Source: Neoconidiobolus thromboides FSU 785
Lineage: Eukaryota; Fungi; Entomophthoromycota
Direction: 5' to 3'
DNA: 44,734 nt
NCBI GenBank assembly: GCA_025603075.1
Contig: MU626419.1
Coordinates: 1-44,734, forward strand
In this document: positions 35,713 through 44,734 of the stretch, one piece after another
Layout: each line of letters opens with the position of its first letter
Position numbering within the stretch: the first letter of the stretch is position 1
Notes under the pieces: model-generated
What the model was told of the DNA's origin: nothing
Seen by the model: the letters and a program-made list of their open reading frames with translations, nothing else
The model's database searches: none
Translations under genes and position numbers: made by a program

Positions 35713-36825
35713 TTAGTAAGTTTTGGTTGGCTTATTTGAATTCTTCTTATTGTTTTCTGCAAGTAAAGTAGTATTTGATCTCACGGTTGAATCCAAAATC
35801 TCTTTAACTTGTTGACAACCATGAATCGCAAGCTCCATTACTTCTTGAAAGTTATCATTACGCAGTTTAGATTCAATCTATATAAAAATTCAATATTAAC
35901 ACTAGAATTTAGCCCATTCTTTACCTGTAACAATATAACTTTTCCACTCAATGGTGAGACAGCTACCGTTACCTCTGGCGACTGGGAGGATCTCTCTTCA
36001 ATTTGATTAATATCTAAAATGGGTTAATTATTTTTCAATATTAGCTTATTTAATACATACCAAGCACTGCAGTATTTTCTATAAAACCTGCAGAAGTAGC
36101 GCATACATAATCACTCATTGGTACACCAGCATGGATTAAAGCAAGTGTTGCTGCATTAATAGAGGCTTGGAGGATACCTGTTTTTATAAATATTTGAATA
36201 TAAAAAAATGAATTCATTTAAATTTACCGCCATCATCCTGTAAAATCTGTAAAAAAATGTCAATCTGTGAACGGGATGATAATTGGGTAAGGATGATGGG
36301 CTCAAACGTTTGTTTAACTGATTGGGCCATCTCCATAATGCGCCTAAAAGAATTAATTTCATGTTTCAAATACAATAAAAGATGTTAAATACTTGTCATT
36401 TTTACTACGCTTTTTACGTTCACTGGTACTGAATGGAGAAACATTAATTTCTACATTAATAAATGCTCTATCATGTAAAATGGCTGATCTTTTTCTTGGC
36501 TATTTAGAATTTATTTGGATTTAATCTAATTCTAATTGATTAAACATGTCCAATTTTACCTCTCTAGGTCCATAAACTGTTGCTAACACTTTAGTGTTTC
36601 CCAATTCTAAATAACTTGATCCATCAGCATCTCCTAATACTCCTACTTTAGACACTAGTTTTCTTAGCTCATTTGGTCGCCTGCCATCAACTCTTAAACC
36701 TAAATTTTAGTTGGTATTATACTTGAGACATTAATTATAGTACCTTCAATACTCAATAGTTCAACTCTGGACTAAAATCGAGGTTAGTTTTATGTAATCT
36801 TATATTTAAATTTTAAATCAACCAT
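35713..36825 (-). CDS. RRP41: Exosome core subunit Rrp41/Ski6 (RNase PH fold), multi-exon
   Basis: M|[10 protein letters not shown]|[92 protein letters not shown]; stop at 35713-35715. Confidence 0.95.
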
Positions 36826-37307
36826 TTTCAAATCAAGTAAAAACTAAAAAGTTGAAAAATTAGATTGAGCTTTGATTATTTTTAGATGAAATTTAAGAAT
36901 TTATAGCATCAATAGTAAAATATGAAGAAGCATAAAGAAATATGGATTGTACATGAAATTCAAGTAACTTTCATACTTTGTTGCTTTCATAAATATTATA
37001 ACTATCTACTATCTATTTTACGAAATATAAAGGCGTAATTTTAATTTGCTACATACAAAAACATTGGTTCATGTACTTTGTTTAATAATGAATAATAATT
37101 TATATTCAAAATGTTGAATATTTTGATTTAATATTAGACATTGAGTCATGAATTAAATATTACTTATTATGAATATTATCATTAAACAAGAAAACATGAT
37201 TATATATCGTGCATAAACTTGATTATGAAATTATTTTTGATTTAGTTTTAATTTAGATTAATAGTATCAAAGCTAATGAAATACAAATAATTTAGAATAT
37301 TTATATA

Positions 37308-37405
37308 TGGGGATGTATTTTTTGTCCAAGAATTTTTCTAATGAATTTTCCACTCAAATAGCGCTTGAAAAATGGGCAAAGTAGGAAAACCAGAAGAAAT
37401 ACTTA
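37308..37405 (+). mobile_element. MITE copy 12
   Basis: TA-TGGGGATGTATTTTTTGTCCAAGAATTTT..TTTTCCACTCAAATAGCGCTTGAAAAATGGG; right end decayed. Confidence 0.85.
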
Positions 37406-37463
37406 TATATTTATAAACTTGTTAAATTGGTATTTGTTTTTTATTTTCTTAAAAATTATTTTA

Positions 37464-37563
37464 TGGAAGTGTTTTTCTTGACTTCATTACTTTTTCCATT
37501 TTTAAGTGCTATTTAAGTGGAAAATTTGTTAGTAAAATTCTTGATCACAAAAATACATCCTCT
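37464..37563 (-). mobile_element. MITE copy 13
   Basis: TA-TGGAAGTG..CATTACTTTTTCCATTTTTAAGTGCTATTTAAGTGGAAAATTTGTTAGTAAAATTCTTG..AAAAATACATCCTCT-TA. Confidence 0.88.
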
Positions 37564-37758
37564 TATAGTTATTATTTTGAAATATTCAATAAAAGTTTCA
37601 GTTTACTTATAAACCTTTCAAAGAATTTTATGACGTTGGTTTTTTAGTGAAATAAAATTTTAATAGCTAAACCTAAGGATATTGTTGAACTCTATAATAC
37701 TTTATTTTTCATCAGTTAAGTTGATCATATCTTATATTATACTTATTTGAAATATATA

Positions 37759-37859
37759 TGGGGATGTATTTTTGTGTTTAAGAATTTTACTAACAAATTT
37801 TCCGCTTGAATAGCGCTTAAAAGGTGGAAAAAGTAATGAAATCAAAAAAATCATCCCCA
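37759..37859 (+). mobile_element. MITE copy 14 (close to consensus)
   Basis: TA-TGGGGATGTATTTTTGTGTTTAAGAATTTTACTAACAAATTTTCCGCTTGAATAGCGCTTAAAAGGTGGAAAAAGTAATGAAATCAAAAAAATCATCCCCA-TA. Confidence 0.93.
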
Positions 37860-38537
37860 TATGTTAAATATTAAAAAAATTATTTTTTATCACATTTTTT
37901 AAGTAATATTATAAAGGATACAAATTATACTTTCTGTTATAAAGAAGTAGGTTTATCTCTTAGATGCCTATCATTGGTCTAACTCCTGCTTTTCGCTCTT
38001 TATTTCCCTTCAGCCCACACTTACCTACGCATTTATATTTATTTCCTAGCCTTCATAAAGAAAAAACCTGCAAAATTTGCTCCTTCGAAGCTTGAAAGAT
38101 TAATAAAAACCACTCCAACAGAGCTTAGTAGCAACTGCCATTCAAACATCAATAAATGACAACACTTTTTTAATTGGTATTTAATCAAAAAAAATTAATT
38201 TTATATTATATGAATGGACAAAATAACAATAATAAACATACACAGGCTATATTTGTCAAACTATCAAACAGTATAATGGAGTATATTAGCCTAAAACAAT
38301 AAAGTTTTAGCTCAACAAATATTATTATAATGCATGTGGTTAAATTTAAGTTAATACAACTTGCTTAATAATATGAATCTACCTTCTTGTTCTGGAATAG
38401 TTAAAGTTCAATGTTTGAATTTGGATTATAAATCAGCTTTCTAATTGGCTACTAATTTGTAATTTTCGATAAGATTACATCACATTAATCTTATAAAAAA
38501 TAAATTAAATAGAAACTCAAAATTTTTAACAATAACC

Positions 38538-40154
38538 ATGACGAGTACCACCGAAATAAAACAAAAAGAGTTTGTATTGCCTAGAGCCAACTCTCCAAAG
38601 AGTGATTTCGAAACTTTAAAGAAATTATATCCTTCTAATTTGGAATTGAAGCACTTACTCATTGTACATAGACATGGTAAATGGGCTTTTAATTCCATTT
38701 TAAAAAACATAACATTTTGTTTTTAAGGTGATAGAACTCCATTAAGTCCACGTATGCCAAATTTGTTCCCTTTAAAATGGAATTTATGTAATTCTAGTAA
38801 CAAAGGAAGTTCTTTATTATTGAAACCATCCAATCCAGACTCTCGTCTGTTAGGTTCAGATCATGAAAATAGCCCACTTGTTTATCATAAAGTAATGGAA
38901 GGAGTAGATGGTCATGGAAAAACTTACAATCCAAAACCAAGAAACTCAACTAGTCATTTTAATACTGCTACTTGGTAAGATAAGATGTTTTTTAACATAT
39001 AAAAATTTTAAATGGTAACTTTTATTTAGCTCTTATGGACAGTTAACAGACATAGGACGTTCTACTTTATATCAACATGGTGAAGCACTAAAAAGGATTT
39101 ATGTAGATCATTTAAAATTCGTCCCACAAAATTTCGACCAATTGAAACAAAATCAAGTTTATTTACGTTCAACAGATTATCCACGTACTATCGACTCTTT
39201 ACATCATTTATTATTTGGTTTTTACCCTAATATAAATACTAACACAATCACCGATCTTATCATTCGATCACGTACCCATAAAGATGAAACCATGTTTATG
39301 GATTTCACTTGTAACAGATTAGTGCAGTTGAAAAAAGAGTTTGATTTAAGTTATCGACCAGAATTGAAGAAAGAATGGCAAACATTTAGAGAATTATTAA
39401 TTAATGAAACTTCATTGGCTGATGATCTAAAATCTAAAGAATTTGATCATCCTACTGCCATCCATAAAGTCTATGATACTATTAGTTCCGCTTATGCTCA
39501 TGGTATAAAATTACCGGATGGTTATACCGAACAACATCATGCCAAATTAGATGAATTAGAAGTTAAATTATGGTTTAAAGGTTTCCTTGAATCTAAAGAA
39601 AATGTTAAGCTTGGTATTGGTAGGTTTTATCAAGATATAAATTATCACCTTCAACAAGCAGTGGAGAATAAAGAACAAAATGAGGCTAAGTTGTCATTCT
39701 TTTCTGGACATGATACGTAAGTATTTTATATAATTTTATTTTTTGATTAAAGTTTTAATTGCTAATTTTTTAATAGTACTGTCGGACCATTTGTCATCGG
39801 GTTAGGTGCATTTGATAACAAATGGCCAGCTTATGGATCTATTGTAAGTTAATTTATAGTCATTTGAGCAAAATATTTAATAATTTATAGGCTATGGTCG
39901 AATTGTTTGAAGATAAGCAACATAAATCGAATCAAAAGCAGATCGCCAATAGTCAAGAGAACTATTATGTACGAGTAAAGTATAACGACCAAGTGTTGAC
40001 TCTACCACATTGCGCTAAATCAGGAAACCATCATCCAGAGCTAGGCGGCACTTTTTGTAAAATGGATGCGTTTGTAAAGCTTTTACACGAGATGAGTCCT
40101 AAGAAGTACTATGAAGAATGTAAAGGTTTCAAAGATGAAATTTCTGATCGTTAA
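38538..40154 (+). CDS. Histidine acid phosphatase (branch 2, RHGxRxP), multi-exon
   Basis: Splicing restores VHRHG|DRTP; GQLTDIGR, VYLRSTDYPRTIDS, FFSGHD, VRVKYND and C-terminal Cys residues. Confidence 0.92.
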
Positions 40155-40197
40155 ACATTCTATAAAAAAATTGACTACTTTATTTTTCTTTAGTATT

Positions 40198-40297
40198 TGG
40201 GAATATATTCTTTTACTTAATAATTTTACTAACAATTTTTCTACTCAAATAGTGCTTAAAAAATGAAAAAGTAATGAAACCAAAAAGAATAGCCACA
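40198..40297 (+). mobile_element. MITE copy 15
   Basis: TGGGAATATATTCTTTTACTTAATAATTTTACTAACAATTTTTCTACTCAAATAGTGCTTAAAAAATGAAAAAGTAATGAAACCAAAAAG; both ends decayed. Confidence 0.83.
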
Positions 40298-41817
40298 ATA
40301 TTGATTTTTATTTATACTAAATCCAAAACTTTTACATTTATCGAAAGAACATACTGAAGCTATAGTTGATAATAACCCTACTTGTTAGTTTTTATTTCTT
40401 GTTTCCCTTAAACTATTAATTTTATATATTACTTGATTAAGTTTTATTATTAATATTAAACTTTGATAATTTATCTTTTCTTTCTTCTATCTTATCATAA
40501 AGTTCCATAAACTCTGAGTTACTATGAATGGTTGTTGAAATTGATCTAGATGAGTTATAACGTTTATATAATGAGCTTCTCTCTACTGTATCAAAATTTT
40601 TAAAAGTTCCATTTCGAAGTTTAGTTATTAGTTACAAAAGCTTAGATTTTGTTTTTATTTTAATAGAAAACAAAGTCAAAGAACTATATATTTAGATGTT
40701 ATATACTATAAATCCATTAAACATTTAATAAAAATAATACAGAGTATATAATTAAAAAAATCAATTATTTACTAAAAATAAATCAATTAAAATAAGTTCT
40801 TTAAGTTAAATTTGACTAATCATGTTAAGGACTTATAAATTTAAAAACTTCAAAGCTGCATTGGTTTTTAAATAAATTCTGAAACCGATTTTGACATCCC
40901 CATTTTTGATTATACCAAGTTTAGCTATCTACGAATTTATAACCAATTTTTTTGTAATTTTTTTATTAATAGCAAAATGTCTTTACAATGCAATAATAGT
41001 TATTATTATTACTTGTTTGAAATTCAATTAAAGCTGACTTGCTTGTATTCATATTCGGACTTTAGTAACGTTCCATTTTTATCTCATTATAATACTCGAT
41101 ATGAGAGTACATTACATAATTGATAAGCTCCAAGGTGATGTTAGCTATAATCCTTTTACTCACGAAGATATTTGAGTGCAACGTTTCATAGACATAATAC
41201 TATAAAGCATATAAAGTATTTCTTAAGTAGCAGGTTTATTAAAAAAATTGTTTACTGGTAGCAGAGACTCTTTATATTTAGAAACTCTTTATAAAGAACA
41301 TTGAGATTGAGGTTTACTTGTTATATAAATGGTTACACTTTATTTAAAATATTAACTGATAAATATAAAGTATTTATCAATTATTAGCTTTTTTATCAAC
41401 ATTATAATTTGATTGTGAAAATTACCGTCAATATTGGTTATGAAGAATCACTAGCTGCTCTTATTTCGTTTTTAATCAACATTTAATCAACATATTACAC
41501 TTATCAATACTAAATTCGAATTATCAAATTACTTTCGGTTCTTGGGATCATTTTGTTATGAATCAATAATGAATTACAATATATACATTTCTAAGGGCTA
41601 TGTCAAATTGTTTTAGTTTGTTGTATTATCATATCATTGCTAATATAGCAATCTATAACTTGACTATAACTTCAGGTTTCTTGTAAATATCAGCTTTATC
41701 TGTTCAGCAGTTTGAAAGTTACTTATAATATAATTGGTTAGATTTTCTAAAAACATCATAAAAAATAACCTTTTAAAAAAACCATTTTAAAAAATTCATC
41801 TTTTGCTGTTGAATACG

Positions 41818-43194
41818 ATGCTTAAATTTGAGGATTTACCAGATATTATTTTAGAGGAGATATTTGATCTAATACCCCCATATGGATTAATTAAGCTTAG
41901 TACTTTGAATAAATTTTTTAATAAATTTATTTCTAGGATGATATTTAATAAAAAGTGTAACTTAGTTCCTGAATTCTATATTGATGATAAATTTCGAGAT
42001 GAATTTATAACTAGGAACGGAAACAATATGAATCATTTAAGTGTAGTTTCCAATAACAATATCCGATATCTTAAATTGTGTCCAAATATTTCTAGTCTAT
42101 CTATACATTGTTATAATAATTTGAACGAATTGGGTCTGGCAATAGCTTCAAATTCTTTCCCTAGATTAAGAACTCTTAAACTAAAAATATCATGTGAAAA
42201 ATCTGAATTTATAACTTTTTTACTAACCATTAAGCCTACATTGTATAATATTGAAAATCTTCATATAGAGCGTTTTAGATATAGACTTGATGAGACTATT
42301 GGCTATCTCAATACAAATAAGCTTGATGAAGTTGTTAGTTATCTCAATCCAAACAAGCTTAAAATATTGAAAATTTGTTCAGATTTCAGCTCCATTGTAG
42401 ATCTAGACTCATTAAAACAACTAGATGAATTAAAAAGTTTAAAACTGTTATCAGTAACGTGTTATAAGCGGTTATATAATCGTGTCTTTCATGATATAGT
42501 ACTTTATGAATCTCCAACCAAATTTGACGTAACTTTGAAGTATTTCAATGGGTACTTAGAACAACATAAAAACTTATCAAGGTTTAATGAGATTTACATA
42601 GATACAGTCAATGGAGAGTTCGATTTTAGAACACTTAATAAAATAGATAAACAAAAAATTAGAGCTTTAGGTTATATCAATCACAAAATGCTTGAAACTA
42701 TTGATTTGAAATCATTAGTGAATTTGAAGAAAGTAAGTATAACGGAAAAAGATGAACTACCAATTATTATAGGCTCAATTTCTTCAGTATCAACAATCCA
42801 CACTATTGAACTATGTTTCGTTGAACAACCCATTAAACCTCACAAATTAGTTTCGCTGAGAGATTTTGATTTAAGGAAAATTAAGCATACCAATACTTAT
42901 TACCACAAGCGACCTTTAAATAAGCAACATTTCATCCAATGTAGCTTTATAAAGCAGTTAACGTTTATTAATTGCTTTGTATCATTACAAGATATTTTTG
43001 ATGCTTTATATTTATTTCCTAACATTGAGTCGGTTACATTCAAGAAATTCACTTTTAAAAAATATAAAGAAAAAATAGTATACAGCCTTAGTAGTCCTAT
43101 ATTATTTCAATTTATCGAAGTTCGGTTTGAATATAACAAAACAGAAACTATGAATATTTTAAACAAGGATCCATTGATTACATTAATAAAATAG
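41818..43194 (+). CDS. F-box protein with degenerate LRR/RNI-like repeats, ~458 aa, intronless
   Basis: Likely start MLKFEDLPDIILEEIFDLIP..LIKLSTLNKFF (F-box pattern), then repeated LxxLxL/I units (LRTLKLKI, IENLHIE, LKILKI, LKSLKLL). Confidence 0.8.
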   Translation: MLKFEDLPDIILEEIFDLIPPYGLIKLSTLNKFFNKFISRMIFNKKCNLVPEFYIDDKFRDEFITRNGNNMNHLSVVSNNNIRYLKLCPNISSLSIHCYNNLNELGLAIASNSFPRLRTLKLKISCEKSEFITFLLTIKPTLYNIENLHIERFRYRLDETIGYLNTNKLDEVVSYLNPNKLKILKICSDFSSIVDLDSLKQLDELKSLKLLSVTCYKRLYNRVFHDIVLYESPTKFDVTLKYFNGYLEQHKNLSRFNEIYIDTVNGEFDFRTLNKIDKQKIRALGYINHKMLETIDLKSLVNLKKVSITEKDELPIIIGSISSVSTIHTIELCFVEQPIKPHKLVSLRDFDLRKIKHTNTYYHKRPLNKQHFIQCSFIKQLTFINCFVSLQDIFDALYLFPNIESVTFKKFTFKKYKEKIVYSLSSPILFQFIEVRFEYNKTETMNILNKDPLITLIK

Positions 43195-43329
43195 CTCAAC
43201 AAAGTAAGATAATAGCTAGTTTTATTGAGTCTGGACTCTAACATCTATTTTATGCAATATGGTTCATTATCTCCCTACTAATAAACCTTTAGCTATAATT
43301 TTTTTGATAATGATATAGCTTTCTAAACT

Positions 43330-43795
43330 ATTTAATATTTAATTATTATTTTATTTCCTAGAAATTCCAAACATCAACTTTTATCAATTTCTTTATTATC
43401 TCCATTTTTGCTTCCAGTATTCAATTTACTGTCATTCTTTTTATCTCCTTTCTTAGCTTCATTTTTCTATCCAGCCCTTTTATTATCTTGTGTATTTAAC
43501 TTTTTGTTCTAAATATTGTCTAGTTAGTTACTCTTATTCTCTTTTTCGCCCACATTTCTTTGTCTTTGCTTTTGTTTTTCCCTTCCTCATCATCACTTCT
43601 TCTATTTGATTTAATATTCACTTTGAACACTCAAATGTTTGTTAACCTTAAGATTCATCTAATTAGCGTGTTTGATTTAATTTAACTTAATTTAATTACT
43701 GTCATTGATATTGAAAGTATTAATTAGAACAGAAGCAGTAGCGCTAATGATAATGGAAGATAAAACCAAAGTAATATAAAATTGTCTAGCCTGCA
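43330..43795 (-). pseudogene. Possible decayed small secreted K/D/N-rich protein gene
   Basis: MQARQFYITLVLSSIIISATASVL resembles a signal peptide; after an intron-like stretch, broken frames give GEKENKSN, NTQDNK, NEAKKGDKK, NTGSKNGDNKEIDKS with several stops. Confidence 0.3.
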
Positions 43796-44192
43796 TAATT
43801 TGTTGACAAAAATTAAAAGCAAGGAGAGTGAATAAAGCGTAAGCAATAATTTCAAATTGATAAGTGTTCATAAATACAATGGGTCTTTCTTAACAATTTT
43901 TATAGCCTCTACTTCGAATTTTATTTGTCATTTTTTAAATGTTTGCTATAATCTTACTTTGTGTTTCATTGTTTAACTTTTAGTTTGTAAATATAAAAAG
44001 AACTAAATAACTTTCTTAATTCATCATTGATTCAGTTGTATTATTTTTATTATTTTATGAAATTAATATACCTCATTATAATATATTTAAGATTTCAATA
44101 ACATTTCAACATTTTATTTGTACAATATCAAATATTCGATTATTTCAATTACTGTTTTAATATATATGTATGTTATTTATATTTTAGTTATA

Positions 44193-44256
44193 TTGGGATA
44201 TGTTTTTATATTTAAGGATTTCATTAGCAAATTTTCCACTCAAACAACACTTGAAA
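44193..44256 (+). mobile_element. MITE copy 16, right part missing
   Basis: TA-TTGGGATATGTTTTTATATTTAAGGATTTCATTAGCAAATTTTCCACTCAAACAACACTTGAAA, then homology stops. Confidence 0.75.
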
Positions 44257-44267
44257 TTTTACAAAAA

Positions 44268-44650
44268 CAAATTCTTTATTAAAAAGCAAAAGTACCCCAA
44301 CACAGCTCTAAATTATTCTATTGTAGTTTGTACTGTAAGTTGGTTGAATTTTTATTATATCCAACAAAAATTTCCAGATTAACAAGGCTTTTACTAATAT
44401 AACATATGGGGCTGTTTTTTTTGGTTTCATTATTTTTCCATTTTTTAAGCGCTATTTGAGTGGAAAATTTGTTAGTAAAATTCTTAAACACAAAAATACA
44501 TCCTCATATATATTAATATTAGTCAAAGTTGCAGTATGTAAATGAGTACATATTTTTATAAAACTTTATTGAGAAACATTTATTATTGACTGCTTTATAA
44601 CTAACATTGCAGATTTACTATCAAATAAATAAACTATTTTAATGTTATAA
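44268..44650 (+). repeat. Dispersed repeat R2, copy b (contains MITE copy 17)
   Basis: Colinear with 13198-13475 on both sides of a 100 bp insertion. Confidence 0.8.
44407..44506 (-). mobile_element. MITE copy 17 with TA target-site duplication
   Basis: TA(44405-06)-TGGGGCTG...ATACATCCTCA-TA(44507-08); the matching empty site is at 13321-13346. Confidence 0.93.
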
Positions 44651-44734
44651 TTAGCATTATTAATATATTACTAAGTTAATAAGTAATTGCATGAGGGGGA
44701 GTGGTTAGTCTTAAAACTATAATTGACTATCCTT

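Noticed and set aside
37308-37859. CRISPR-like repeat/spacer reading of the clustered repeats
   Set aside because: Eukaryotic context, 100 bp units in mixed orientation, irregular spacing, no cas genes.
40881-40902. gaaaccgattttgacatcccca resembling a solo MITE right end
   Set aside because: No upstream core homology; only about 9 bp of exact match, so not counted as a copy.
1-44734. tRNA, rRNA, snoRNA or telomeric repeats
   Set aside because: None recognised by eye; a tRNAscan-SE/Infernal run would be needed to exclude small RNAs.

Overview
AT-rich eukaryotic DNA with short GT-AG introns (about 40-60 nt, often with a ctaac branch point). It is most consistent with an early-diverging fungus; Conidiobolus/Entomophthorales-like is my inference, not established. 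Intact genes: DUF4419 protein, cytochrome P450, cytochrome b561, UPF0643-like protein, VID27, RPN5, ACSF3-like acyl-CoA synthetase, stand-alone EF1Bgamma-type GST, bZIP factor, SSSCA1/ZNRD2, RRP41, histidine acid phosphatase and an F-box/LRR protein. Main result (25.4-36.1 kb): a head-to-tail triplication of a ~3 kb unit [IS630/Tc1-like gene + SSSCA1 + 3' half of RRP41]. The extra SSSCA1 and RRP41 copies have decayed, while all three transposase-derived ORFs stay open. All three keep the two HTH regions and D34E spacing but carry Asn at the first catalytic Asp. A fourth paralogue next to them is a pseudogene. This looks like an amplified, domesticated, probably nuclease-dead transposase family. 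Second result: 17 copies of a ~100 bp MITE with TGGGGATG...CATCCCCA ends. Two empty/filled site comparisons inside the window support a TA target duplication. All alignments were done by eye and boundaries of decayed features are approximate.
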